Shown here one piece after another: positions 19,274 to 29,089 of a stretch of 64,000 bases of DNA. Made by a program: the position numbers and the translations under genes. Within the stretch, counting starts at the first letter, position 1. Each line of letters starts with the position of its first letter. Source of the DNA: an uncultured Poribacteria bacterium (GTDB taxonomy: Bacteria > Poribacteria > WGA-4E > WGA-3G); contig CATQHZ020000001.1 in assembly GCA_958296135.2 (NCBI GenBank), positions 544,001 to 608,000 on the forward strand. Direction: 5' to 3'. The notes beneath the pieces were generated by a model. The model searched no databases, was not told the DNA's origin, and was given only the letters and a program-made list of their open reading frames with translations.

Positions 19274-19408
19274 AAGTGTCTCCTTGATTGCAGTTTCGCA
19301 TTCTTTTTAATTATACCCGAAAAGCGAATCATTTATCAAGATAAAAAAGGCAATCGCGGGCTTAAAATGGATACATAGCGGCGAAATTTCATTTTTTTTG
19401 AATTTGGG

Positions 19409-19437
19409 TTGAAATTTGTCAAAAAATGTGTTATACT
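19409..19437 (+). promoter_or_regulatory. Sigma70 promoter for ftsH-folP
   Basis: TTGAAA-17 nt-TATACT with extended TG. Confidence 0.6.
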
Positions 19438-19470
19438 TTTAAATAGGTTTTACGCATCGCATTGTTGCGA

Positions 19471-19640
19471 TAGGACAGACGCGGAAAAAACCCCGTGGGC
19501 GCGCTTTGAAAGCGCGCTACCTCAGCCGGTGCGCGATTGCAAATCGCGCCGCCGGTAGTCACAATGCTTTTGCGATGCAACGCATTGTGTGTTTCCTGTA
19601 GGCGTGACGGGGGCGATTGATGGCATTTGCGGCTGTCTTG
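19471..19640. mobile_element. 170-bp MITE-like element with terminal inverted repeats (copy 1)
   Basis: taggacagacgc...gcggctgtcttg; a homologous 170-bp copy lies at 41731-41900. Confidence 0.55.
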
Positions 19641-19675
19641 TGTGAGTTCAGATTTTAACAGAGAGGCATTTGGTT

Positions 19676-21682
19676 GTGAATAAAACGAGAAAAAATATGG
19701 TGTTTTGGTGGGTGGTTTTGGCAGGTGTTGCTATCATTGCCATCTTCCAGCTCATCAATCGCAAAGACCAGGTTTACACCCTGGAGACCTCCACCTTTCA
19801 CGAATATATCCTGCAAAGCCCCGGGGCCTTCCAAGGGCAGCTGATTCTGGATGAGGAATGGATTGAAGGGACGTTTAACAAAGCCTCGAGAGCCGACATC
19901 CGGACTGACCTCGAGAGACGCGCGAGCGAACGTCTTGAAGCCGAAGAAGCCCCGACGGATGATAATCAGGAATCCGACGAAGACGCAAACCAGAAAGCTG
20001 ACAAGGGTAAACAACGGGAACCCAACCTCACCGGCATCACCGATGAATGGGGCGGCGACTTTAAAGTGAGCCGCGACAAGAACGAGGATTACGGACTCCA
20101 AGCGAAACTTGATGAAAGTGAGATTCCCTACGACGTAAAGTCTGCCTCTAATTTCACTCAGTGGCTGTTCGTCTTCGGGACAACTGTGGTTCCGCTGCTC
20201 ATTTTCTTAGGCTTGATGATTTTCCTGTCCCGGCAGATGCAAGGGAGTGGCAACCGCGCGCTCTCCTTTGGCAAAAGCCGCGCGCGACTCCATTCTGATA
20301 CGCAGGAAAAGGTGACGTTTGAGGATGTCGCCGGCGTTGACGAGGCGAAGGATGCCCTAGAGGAAGTCATCCAGTTCCTTAAGGCGCCCAAGAAGTTTGA
20401 GCGGCTCGGCGGCAGAATTCCGAAAGGCGTGCTGCTGATGGGACCGCCCGGCACCGGGAAAACGGTGCTCGCGAAAGCCGTTGCAGGCGAGGCAGACGTG
20501 CCGTTCTATAGCATCAGCGGCTCTGATTTCGTCGAGATGTTCGTCGGCGTAGGCGCGTCTCGCGTGCGCGACTTGTTTGAAACCGGCAGGAAAAACGCAC
20601 CGTGTATCATTTTCATCGATGAATTAGATGCTGTCGGGCGGCATAGAGGCGCGGGCATCGGCGGCGGGCACGACGAACGTGAACAGACGTTGAACCAGCT
20701 GCTCGTTGAGATGCAGGGATTTGATGCATCCGAGGGTGTGATTCTCATCGCTGCGACGAACCGTCCCGATGTCCTCGACCCGGCCCTGCTCCGCCCAGGC
20801 CGCTTCGACCGGCAAATTGTCGTCGATCTGCCGGATGTGCGCGGCAGAGAAGCAATCCTGAAGATAAAAACACGCGAACCCTACAAAGTCGCCGAGGATG
20901 TCAATCTTGAGATTTTGGCGAAGGCGACACCGGGCTTCTCCGGGGCAGACCTCGAGAACGTCACGAATGAAGCCGCGCTGCTCGCCGCTCGGCATGACAA
21001 AGAGCAGATTGACATGGGCTGCTTTGACGAAGCGAAAGACCGGGTGCTGATGGGTCCGGAACGTCGGAGCCTTGTGATTAGCGATGAAGAAAGACGCATC
21101 ACCGCGTTTCATGAAGCGGGCCACGCGCTCATGTTGCACTTCGTCCCGGAGAGCGATCCGAACTACAAGTGCACCATTGTGCCACGTGGCCGCGCGCTCG
21201 GCGTTACGGCGAAGTTACCGCTTGAAGAACGGCATAACATGAGCAGGAAGGGGCTCCTCGCGCACATTATCTTCGCGCTCGGTGGCCGCGTCGCTGAGGA
21301 GATAATCTTCGGCGAGCAGACGACTGGGGCTCAAAACGATTTCGAGCAGGCAACGCGCCTTGCACGCCGGATGGTTACGCAGTGGGGCATGAGTCACCTC
21401 GGTCCGCTTACGTTCGGTAGAAGGGACGAGCAAGTCTTCCTCGGAAAAGAACTCGCAGTCCATCAGGATTACAGTGAGGAAACCGCTATCAAGATCGATG
21501 ATGCGGTATCTGACATCGTGATGGAGTGCTATAAAAAGGCGCGGTCGATCTTGGAAACCAATCTTGAGGGGTTAAAGCTGCTCGCCGACGCGCTGTTAGA
21601 GCGGGAAACACTCGTCACCGAGGAAATCGACGAAATTCTGGGACCCCGGCCGCAGCTCCCTAACAAAGCCATAGATGTATGA
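19676..21682 (+). CDS. ftsH: ATP-dependent zinc metalloprotease FtsH
   Basis: Two TM helices, [38 protein letters not shown]. Confidence 0.97.
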   Translation: MNKTRKNMVFWWVVLAGVAIIAIFQLINRKDQVYTLETSTFHEYILQSPGAFQGQLILDEEWIEGTFNKASRADIRTDLERRASERLEAEEAPTDDNQESDEDANQKADKGKQREPNLTGITDEWGGDFKVSRDKNEDYGLQAKLDESEIPYDVKSASNFTQWLFVFGTTVVPLLIFLGLMIFLSRQMQGSGNRALSFGKSRARLHSDTQEKVTFEDVAGVDEAKDALEEVIQFLKAPKKFERLGGRIPKGVLLMGPPGTGKTVLAKAVAGEADVPFYSISGSDFVEMFVGVGASRVRDLFETGRKNAPCIIFIDELDAVGRHRGAGIGGGHDEREQTLNQLLVEMQGFDASEGVILIAATNRPDVLDPALLRPGRFDRQIVVDLPDVRGREAILKIKTREPYKVAEDVNLEILAKATPGFSGADLENVTNEAALLAARHDKEQIDMGCFDEAKDRVLMGPERRSLVISDEERRITAFHEAGHALMLHFVPESDPNYKCTIVPRGRALGVTAKLPLEERHNMSRKGLLAHIIFALGGRVAEEIIFGEQTTGAQNDFEQATRLARRMVTQWGMSHLGPLTFGRRDEQVFLGKELAVHQDYSEETAIKIDDAVSDIVMECYKKARSILETNLEGLKLLADALLERETLVTEEIDEILGPRPQLPNKAIDV

Positions 21683-22503
21683 ACTGCCGTGGCCAGACGC
21701 TCACTTTTGGGGAGTCCACACATGTGATGGGCATCTTGAACGTCACGCCGGATTCTTTCTCCGATGGTGGGCATTACCTTGCCGCTGCTCGGGCTGTTGC
21801 GCGTGCGCAAGCGATGGTGGCTGAAGGCGCGACGCTCATCGATATCGGCGGCGAATCCTCGCGCCCGGGGGCGGTGCCGGTGCCGACAGTGGAAGAATTA
21901 GCGCGAGTTGTGCCTGTTATCCGCGCGCTTGCCGATGCGGTTGACGTTCCGCTCTCGGTTGATACCTACAAAGCGCGTGTGGCGCGGGACGCGCTTGAAG
22001 CAGGCGCGCACCTTGTCAATGACATCACCGCTTTGAACGGCGATTCGGAGATGGCCAACGTTGTCGCGGAGATGGGAGCCGGTGTTGTTTTGATGCACAT
22101 ACAAGGGACACCGCGCACGATGCAACAGGCCCCGCACTACGATGATGTCATCGGCGACATTCGGCTGTGGCTTCAGGAACGGGTTCAGTTCGCAGAGGCG
22201 AACGGTATTGCCCCGGAACGCATCATTATCGACCCGGGCATCGGGTTCGGCAAGACTACGGCGCATAACTTGGAGATTTTAAAAAGGCTTGAGGCGTTCC
22301 GTGAGCTCAACAAACCGGTGCTCATCGGCACTTCCCGGAAGTCCTTTATCGGTAATGTGTTGGCGCTTCCGGTAGAGGAGCGGGTTGAAGGCACTGTTGC
22401 GACGGTGTGCTGGGCCATCGCGCACGGTGCGGATATCGTTCGCGTGCATGATGTGAAAGCTGTCGTCCGCGCCGCGCGCATGACAGATGCGCTCTCTCAA
22501 TAA
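21679..22503 (+). CDS. folP: Dihydropteroate synthase
   Basis: [44 protein letters not shown]. Confidence 0.97.
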   Translation: MNCRGQTLTFGESTHVMGILNVTPDSFSDGGHYLAAARAVARAQAMVAEGATLIDIGGESSRPGAVPVPTVEELARVVPVIRALADAVDVPLSVDTYKARVARDALEAGAHLVNDITALNGDSEMANVVAEMGAGVVLMHIQGTPRTMQQAPHYDDVIGDIRLWLQERVQFAEANGIAPERIIIDPGIGFGKTTAHNLEILKRLEAFRELNKPVLIGTSRKSFIGNVLALPVEERVEGTVATVCWAIAHGADIVRVHDVKAVVRAARMTDALSQ

Positions 22504-22588
22504 ATTGTCAGGCAGGGCTCGGTGCAGTGGCGAGAACTCTATGATAATCTAGCATAACCTACCCTAATCTAGCAATGTGCATTTTTAT

Positions 22589-22617
22589 TTGCATTCTACT
22601 TGAAAATGTGGTATAAT
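22589..22617 (+). promoter_or_regulatory. Element-internal sigma70 promoter for tnpB
   Basis: TTGCAT-17 nt-TATAAT with extended TG. Confidence 0.65.
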
Positions 22618-22725
22618 GTAGTTACCGTTGGGAGGTGAGACCTACTAAGCGCGGCATCCCGCCGTGTCTCTCACCTCCACCTTACCTTAGTAGGAAGGAA
22701 AAACAACGGCGAACGGTGACGCTCT

Positions 22726-23961
22726 ATGACATTGAAAACGCATTTAATGGCGTTGGACCCGAATAATAAGCAGGCGACGCTGCTTGCACGACATTGTGGT
22801 TATGCCCGCGTGGCACGTAACCATGCGCTCTCCGATTTCAAGGCAGGACTCGCCGAAAACGAGTGGCGCAGTGGTTACACGTTGAACGTTCGCTTCAACG
22901 CCGTGAAACACGAGACATATCCGTGGTGTAAGGAACTCGACCAACGTGCAGCAAAGAACGCTGTGATGCACATTGATGACGCAGTCAAACGGTGGCGGCG
23001 CGGTCAAAATCGATTCCCACGTTATCACACCCGAGCGAGTAGGACTTCCTACCAACCGCATGAACGTGTGAGAATTGACAGGAATCGCGTCAAACTGCCG
23101 AAGATAGGCTGGGTTCGGATGCGTGAGAAGTTGCGATGGCGTGGCGAGATTCGGCGGTGTGTCGTCTCCAAACGTGCGGGCAGGTGGTTTCTATCGGTTC
23201 TCGTGAAGGTGGTTTCCGACAGTGCGCCACGTGTGCGTTCTCAGCGCGGTCCAATGCGTGTGGTTGGTGTTGATGTAGGTATCAAGACACTAGCCGTAAC
23301 CTCCGATGGTGTTGAGTTTGAAAACCCGAAGGCATTGTATCGATACCTGCGGAAGTTGCGGCGTGCGCAGCGTCAGCTCTCTCGTTCGGTTTACCGAAGC
23401 AGAAACTGGTATCGGAAGCAGTTCCGCGTGCAGAAGATTCACTATCGTATCTGCTGTCTGCGTGAGGATACACATCATAAGGCAAGCACGGCGATTGTAA
23501 AGTCGGCTGACGTTCTCGGTATCGAGAGTCTTCGTGTGGCGGGCTTGTTGAAAAACCGCCGTCTTGCGAAGGCGTTGAGCGATGCGTCGTTAAGCGGTTT
23601 CCTGACGATGCTTCGGTATAAGGCGGAGGCGCGTGGCGTTGAGATTATCGAAGCACCGTCGAACTTCCCGTCATCGAAGACGTGCAGTGCTTGCGGGAAT
23701 AAAAAGACGAAGTTGTCCCTCTCGGAGCGGACATATCACTGCGAGGCATGTGGCGTGGGTATCGACCGCGACTTGAATGCCGCGCATAACTTAAGAAACC
23801 TCGCCGCTAGCTTGACGGAGAGGCAAAACGGCTGCGGAGCGACTATAAGCCCTCATAGTAGGCACACCTCGTGTGTCTCGGAGGCACGCCGCATTGAAAC
23901 AGCAACTACGACAGATAAGAGGACAGGTCAGATTAGGATAGATGTGTCCAGATTATCATAG
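22726..23961 (+). CDS. tnpB: RNA-guided endonuclease TnpB
   Basis: N-terminal LDPNNKQ..GYARVARN, RuvC-I GVDVG, RuvC-II IESL, zinc finger CSAC/CEAC, RuvC-III DRDLNAA. Confidence 0.93.
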   Translation: MTLKTHLMALDPNNKQATLLARHCGYARVARNHALSDFKAGLAENEWRSGYTLNVRFNAVKHETYPWCKELDQRAAKNAVMHIDDAVKRWRRGQNRFPRYHTRASRTSYQPHERVRIDRNRVKLPKIGWVRMREKLRWRGEIRRCVVSKRAGRWFLSVLVKVVSDSAPRVRSQRGPMRVVGVDVGIKTLAVTSDGVEFENPKALYRYLRKLRRAQRQLSRSVYRSRNWYRKQFRVQKIHYRICCLREDTHHKASTAIVKSADVLGIESLRVAGLLKNRRLAKALSDASLSGFLTMLRYKAEARGVEIIEAPSNFPSSKTCSACGNKKTKLSLSERTYHCEACGVGIDRDLNAAHNLRNLAASLTERQNGCGATISPHSRHTSCVSEARRIETATTTDKRTGQIRIDVSRLS

Positions 23962-23995
23962 GTTCTAGGGAGCGGTTTTAAGCCAACGCAGAAAG
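23800..23995 (+). ncRNA. Predicted TnpB omegaRNA scaffold plus flank-derived guide
   Basis: Position inferred from TnpB biology (overlaps the tnpB 3' end and right end); boundaries approximate. Confidence 0.5.
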
Positions 23996-24053
23996 TTGTC
24001 TACCTTGAAACGACAATTCCAAGTTCCTAAGCGATTTGCGAAGATGGAAACCG

Positions 24054-24449
24054 ATGGACTACCACAAAATTCATGGGACAGGGATTGACATCGTTGAGGT
24101 AGCGCGCGTCCGAGACGCAGCCCACCGCTGGGGAGATAGGTTTGAAACCCGGGTCTTCACACCGCAAGAGCTTTTGTATTGTGGGGAGTCGCCCTCGCGA
24201 TATTGGCGGCTCGCTGCAAGATTCGCCGCCAAAGAGGCGACGTTGAAAGCACTCGGCACCGGCTTAACCGCTGGCATGCGCTGGCACGATGTAGAAATTC
24301 AGGCGAACGCTGTTGGAAAACCGGAACTCGTTCTGCATGGCGAAGTTCGGCGATATGCGGGCGAACTGGGCATCGGAACTCCAACGTTCGTCACGATGTC
24401 TCACACGCGGGCGTATGCAGTGGCACACGTGACGCTTTGCTATGCATAA
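24054..24449 (+). CDS. acpS: Holo-ACP synthase
   Basis: GTGIDIVE, RFAAKEA..KALGTG, GKP, SH. Confidence 0.93.
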   Translation: MDYHKIHGTGIDIVEVARVRDAAHRWGDRFETRVFTPQELLYCGESPSRYWRLAARFAAKEATLKALGTGLTAGMRWHDVEIQANAVGKPELVLHGEVRRYAGELGIGTPTFVTMSHTRAYAVAHVTLCYA

Positions 24450-24520
24450 GCACTACCTCTTTAACCCGTGCAGTAGGAGAGACACCCCGGTCTTGATGCA
24501 AAAACGAGAGGAAAACACAA

Positions 24521-25624
24521 TTGAAATACCATCATCGGGTCACCTACCTAATCTGCTTTCTATGCTTTTGGTGCGGCGTTGCATTCGCCGCGAACACAAC
24601 AGCAGAGGCAGACCGGTTTCTCAAGCAACTGCTCGGTGCGGAGCACGATGGAATGGGGGGCAGTTTTGTCGGTGCGACACGCGGGGCGAATGCCCTCGGC
24701 AGTAATCCGGCCGGCATCAGCGTTGCGGAAGGGAGCCGGTTTGCTCTCCTCGCACGCCGCTTCCCTCGGACTCTCGCGACGATTTCTCGGCGAGACGCGC
24801 GCGAAGATAACGCCTATCGGGATGACAGGCAGTATGAACAGCGCGCCGCTGGCATCCAAACGTTGAACTGGGCATTTCCGCTGGGGCGGGCTGGTACCCT
24901 CGGCCTTGGGTTCGCTTCCGGTCAGGCAGGTCCCTTTCGGCGCGTCAATCATGAGGGCAAGGCACTTAACAGTTTTCCAGAAAACAACCTTGCGCTTGGG
25001 CTCAGTTACGGTGTCCATCTCTTCGGCGGAACGGGGATAGGGTTTGATGCGAAGTGGTTGCGTTCTAAAGTCGCCGATGCTGTCGGCAAAGAACACTTTG
25101 GGCACGGCTACGCCTATAACGTTGGCGTTATCCAGCAGCTCGGCGATGCAATGCAGGTGGGTGTCGTGGTGCGGAATTTGAGTAACGGGTTGTCGTTTTC
25201 TGATGCAACTATCCCGCGCGCGATGCAACGCGATGTCGTCGCCGGTATCGCCTATCACCGCCAGATGTCAGACGTAACTTTCCGTATCGGTTTTGACGCA
25301 CATCCCCCTTTCCGCGACGGTATCCGAGCCAATCTTGGGGCTGAAGTGTGGTATCGTGAACGCATCGGCTGCAGCATCGGGTACCTGCGCGACACTGAAA
25401 AGCGTTATGTCCCAGTGCTTCTTCTAGGCGATGACACCCTTGAAACGGAGGAACGCCTCTGGAAAGCGGAAGGCGTGTGCTTCGGGCTCGGGATAAGATT
25501 TGGCAGTCTGATAGTGAACGCCGCCTATACGCCACAATTCGCGCCGACCGCGGCAGCGGATGAGCGCGTCTACATCGTTCAAGGAGAGGCTATCTATACG
25601 TTTTCGGTTGGGCAAATCTTCTGA
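24521..25624 (+). CDS. PorV/FadL-like outer-membrane beta-barrel
   Basis: Signal peptide, GMGG..NALGSNPAG plug motif, amphipathic strands, C-terminal Phe. Confidence 0.55.
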   Translation: MKYHHRVTYLICFLCFWCGVAFAANTTAEADRFLKQLLGAEHDGMGGSFVGATRGANALGSNPAGISVAEGSRFALLARRFPRTLATISRRDAREDNAYRDDRQYEQRAAGIQTLNWAFPLGRAGTLGLGFASGQAGPFRRVNHEGKALNSFPENNLALGLSYGVHLFGGTGIGFDAKWLRSKVADAVGKEHFGHGYAYNVGVIQQLGDAMQVGVVVRNLSNGLSFSDATIPRAMQRDVVAGIAYHRQMSDVTFRIGFDAHPPFRDGIRANLGAEVWYRERIGCSIGYLRDTEKRYVPVLLLGDDTLETEERLWKAEGVCFGLGIRFGSLIVNAAYTPQFAPTAAADERVYIVQGEAIYTFSVGQIF

Positions 25625-25699
25625 TCTTTTGTTGTTCGCAAGGCGTTCGGGTACGTCTCCTTACGTCAATCCGTCATCGACGTTGTCGATGACTAGGTT

Positions 25700-26302
25700 G
25701 TGGATTCGACATTGAAATATCAAACGGTGGCTGGCATTGCCGATGCCAAACATGTTATTAAAAAATCGCGGTTCTTCGGTGAGGCGACAGCAGTGGATAG
25801 CATGGAGGCAGTGAAAGCGTTTCTCGGCGAAGTGCAGGCGAGATATCCGAAGGCCTCGCACTACTGTTACGCTTACAGCATCGGCAGTGGCTCGGCGCAG
25901 CGCGATTATGCCACCGATGCAGGTGAACCGACGCATTCCGCGGGGCCTCCCATTCTCGCTGCAATTCAGGCGAATGGGTTGTCCAACACGCTCTGTGTGG
26001 TTACGCGGTATTACGGCGGTATCAACCTCGGCATCGGCGGGTTAATTCGGGCTTACGGGCAGTGCGCGCGGGCATGCCTCCAAAATGCGACGATTGAAAC
26101 CCGTATCGCTTATCAGGACTTACGTTTAAAAGTGTCTTATTCGCACATCGGCATTGTCGTCAATCGATGCAAACGGCTGGGCGGCACTGTTGTCAAGATT
26201 GACTGGGTGCCGGAGCCGCTCCTCACGGTTCGCCTTGGGCGCAGTGCAGTGGAAACGTTCCTGTCGCAACTTCAAGGCATTGCAAACCTCGCAAACCTGT
26301 AG
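25700..26302 (+). CDS. yigZ: YigZ/IMPACT-family protein
   Basis: IKKSRF, ASHYCYAY, DAGEP..AG, VVTRYYGGINLGIGGLIRAY. Confidence 0.9.
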   Translation: MDSTLKYQTVAGIADAKHVIKKSRFFGEATAVDSMEAVKAFLGEVQARYPKASHYCYAYSIGSGSAQRDYATDAGEPTHSAGPPILAAIQANGLSNTLCVVTRYYGGINLGIGGLIRAYGQCARACLQNATIETRIAYQDLRLKVSYSHIGIVVNRCKRLGGTVVKIDWVPEPLLTVRLGRSAVETFLSQLQGIANLANL

Positions 26303-26373
26303 GGCGAGGGCCTGGGGTGGCCGCCACATCGCAAACGCAAGGCCACCGTAGGGCGAGGGAAACCTGTCCCTCG

Positions 26374-27369
26374 TCAGTCGGAAGCCCGCGTTGCAATAAA
26401 AACGCGCCGGACGATGCTCAGCTTCGGGACAGGAATAATCGTCTCAATCCGATAACCCGCGTCCACCAGCGGTTGCCGCATGTCGCGAATATCAATCAAC
26501 CCGATTTTGGGTGCGCAGTGCTGCAGGTTCTCGAGAATCTCTGCATCTCGAAAGGTATCTTTGACGAGGGCAATGCCGTAGGGCAAATCAGTTGCGATAG
26601 CACTGAATTCGCCGCGAATCTCTCTTGCATCGCCTAACTGCACTTCAGCGTTGAGTCCGAAATGCGCTAGATTTTTGGTTGTCGCGCCTACCATTCGCGG
26701 GTTGATGTCGTAACCGACGGTTTTGATGCCGATATGCGCCGCGGAGAGTACGATTGTGCCTGTTCCACAACAGGGCTCAAGCAGCGTGAATTCGGCACCT
26801 GTTTCCCTCAGCGCGCTGCCCGTTGTTGCTTCGTCGGTTGAGGGCCTGTCCATCAACGTGTCGCCTGCAACTAAATTGACTAACACCTGCGCGAGCCGCG
26901 CTGGGAGGGAACTAGAAGTCACGTGTGGCCGTTGGTTATGTGCGAGCCATGCGCCATCGGATTCGGCGAGGAGCCGTCCGAACCAGATATTTTCCTGGGT
27001 GACAACGGTTAGAAAGACAACCTTTGGGTGCGTCAGGTTCGGTTTTCCGCCGATGCCCCCGCCAATTTGTCTGCCGAGTTCCATGGTGCTCATTTTAAGG
27101 TTGCGCGGCTTTTTCACAATAGATACGCGAAACGCGTCGGCGTGTAAATTGGCGGCGCGGATGTTCGCGCAGAGTTCTGCCACGCTTGTGGCCTCAAAAA
27201 GCACTTCGGTGCAGCTTTTGAGGTATGCTCCCCGGCGCGCGTCAACATACATTTCTGAGACGGCGATACCGTGTGCGTCCGGTCTGGCTGCTGTCAAGGT
27301 AAAGCATTCAGCCGTGACTAACTCCGTGAGCCGGTCTGGCATCGCCATGAGATAAAGGTATTTTCGCAT
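26374..27369 (-). CDS. THUMP/Trm11-like class I SAM-dependent RNA methyltransferase
   Basis: SSLPARLA, EPCCGTGT, GYDI, TDLPYG. Confidence 0.75.
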   Translation of the reverse strand: MRKYLYLMAMPDRLTELVTAECFTLTAARPDAHGIAVSEMYVDARRGAYLKSCTEVLFEATSVAELCANIRAANLHADAFRVSIVKKPRNLKMSTMELGRQIGGGIGGKPNLTHPKVVFLTVVTQENIWFGRLLAESDGAWLAHNQRPHVTSSSLPARLAQVLVNLVAGDTLMDRPSTDEATTGSALRETGAEFTLLEPCCGTGTIVLSAAHIGIKTVGYDINPRMVGATTKNLAHFGLNAEVQLGDAREIRGEFSAIATDLPYGIALVKDTFRDAEILENLQHCAPKIGLIDIRDMRQPLVDAGYRIETIIPVPKLSIVRRVFIATRASD

Positions 27370-27417
27370 TTTTTGTTTTTCGCATTTTTTGTTTTTCGCA
27401 TTTTTCGTCTTTCGCAA
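27361..27417. repeat. 16-bp tandem repeat (about 3.5 copies) containing the start codon
   Basis: ttttcgcattttttgt units. Confidence 0.85.
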
Positions 27418-27997
27418 TGCGTTCGGCGATGGTTTCTTGCGCCGACAACGTTCACTTACCAGGCCGTCTTGACGTTGTCAAGACTTGCCTAACTGTTAAC
27501 ACGACGATTCGGTTGTCACATTTCTGTCGGTTGCGTTCGCTCTGTCGCAAACAGGGCAGAAACTGTAAAACTTGATAAAGCACCGTATGCGGATTGAGAA
27601 AATAATCGGTTCATTTTGGCGGCGGATAGAGACATCCGCTCTTACAGGCAGGTGCAGCGGGCGCGCAGACTGCCCACAGGAAAATTGTCCGATTTCATAT
27701 TTTTTGTTTTTCGCAATGCGTTCGGCGATGGTTTCTTGCGCCGACAACGTTCACTTACCAGGCCGTCTTGACGTTGTCAAGACTTGCCTAACTGTTAACA
27801 CGACGATTCGGTTGTCACATTTCTGTCGGTTGCGTTCGCTCTGTCGCAAATAGGGCAGAAACTGTAAAACTTGATAAAGCACCGTGTGCGGATTGAGAAA
27901 ATAATCGGTTCATTTTGGCGGCGGATAGAGACATCCGCTCTTACAGGCAGGTGCAGCGGGCGCGCAGACTGCCCACAGGAAAATTGTCCGATTTCAT
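27410..27997. repeat. 299-bp tandem duplication in a divergent intergenic region
   Basis: tcgcaatgcgttcggcgatgg recurs with period 299; two substitutions seen between copies. Confidence 0.92.
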
Positions 27998-28035
27998 ACT
28001 AGGTGCTTAATGGCTGCTATAGAAAGGAAGCCTTC

Positions 28036-28872
28036 ATGTCACAACTTGAGAAAATTCGGATTGGACACAGTCCGGATTCCGACGACGCGTTTATGTTTTA
28101 TGCCCTCGCCAAAGGGATGATTCCGACTGAGCCGTTTGAGATTGTCCATGTCATTGAAGACATTGAGACTTTGAACCGTCGCGCGCTTGCCGCGGAATTA
28201 GAAGTCACGGCGATTTCCGTTCACGCTTACGCCTACGTCGCAAACGATTATGTTTTCATGCCGTGCGGCGCGAGTATCGGCGATAGGTATGGGCCCCTCG
28301 TCGTTTCCAAAGCCCCGATGGCGAGCGTCGCGGGCAAGCGCGTCGCGATTCCGGGTGAAATGACAACGGCTTATTTGACGATGCGGCTCTACCAACCTGA
28401 TTTTGAGGCGGTGCCGTGCCGTTTTGATGAGATTCTCGCGACAGTCCAGCGAGGGGACGTTGACGCGGGGCTCATTATCCACGAGGGACAACTCACCTAT
28501 GAGCGCGAGGGGTTCCACAAAATCGCCGATTTAGGAGAATGGTGGGGCGACGAAACAGGGTTACCGCTCCCCCTCGGCGCGAACGTTATCCGCCGCAATC
28601 TCGGTACCGAGAAAATTCGGAAGATAACCGCGTTGCTCAAAGAGAGCATTCAGTATTCACTGACGCATCGCGAGCGCGGGCTTGAATACGCGATGCTTTA
28701 TGCCCGCGATATGGAGACGTCCCTCGCCGATAGATTCGTCGGCATGTATGTGAATGACTACACTCTCGATTACGGTGAAAAGGGCAGAGCCGGCGTGCGA
28801 GAACTGCTTACCCGCGGGCATGCGGCGGGCATTATTCCGCATCGCGTGGATGCCGATTTTGTCATGTTATGA
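28036..28872 (+). CDS. mqnD: 1,4-dihydroxy-6-naphthoate synthase (futalosine pathway)
   Basis: GHSPDSDDAFMFYAL, DIETLN, IIHEGQLTY, LPLPLG, MYVN. Confidence 0.9.
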   Translation: MSQLEKIRIGHSPDSDDAFMFYALAKGMIPTEPFEIVHVIEDIETLNRRALAAELEVTAISVHAYAYVANDYVFMPCGASIGDRYGPLVVSKAPMASVAGKRVAIPGEMTTAYLTMRLYQPDFEAVPCRFDEILATVQRGDVDAGLIIHEGQLTYEREGFHKIADLGEWWGDETGLPLPLGANVIRRNLGTEKIRKITALLKESIQYSLTHRERGLEYAMLYARDMETSLADRFVGMYVNDYTLDYGEKGRAGVRELLTRGHAAGIIPHRVDADFVML

Positions 28873-28882
28873 GGAACCCCCC

Positions 28883-29089
28883 ATGGATGCGAAACGCCGC
28901 AGATACTTTCAGTTAGAAGATGCCCAAGGCAAAAAACTGGCGACAGGCGTTCTCTATAACGAAGGGAACGTGCAAGTGCTGTGGCGCGCAGACATCGGTT
29001 GGACAGCGGAGCAGTATTCGTCTCTCACGCCGCTTGTGGATTTGATGCCAGGGATTGCTGTGCTCCGCCTTCAAGATGCAGAAAGTTAG
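28883..29089 (+). CDS. Small hypothetical protein
   Basis: 68-aa ORF with GAGGA RBS directly after mqnD. Confidence 0.6.
   Translation: MDAKRRRYFQLEDAQGKKLATGVLYNEGNVQVLWRADIGWTAEQYSSLTPLVDLMPGIAVLRLQDAES

Larger units (their letters stand above)
22523..23975 (+). mobile_element. Non-autonomous IS607-type element (tnpB only)
   Basis: CGG at both junctions; subterminal repeats agaactctatgataatctag (left) and cagattatcataggttct (right) are inverted; no recombinase gene. Confidence 0.7.

Noticed and set aside
22726-23961. Nuclease-dead TnpB (TldR) or Cas12f
   Set aside because: All three RuvC acidic residues are present and there is no CRISPR array.
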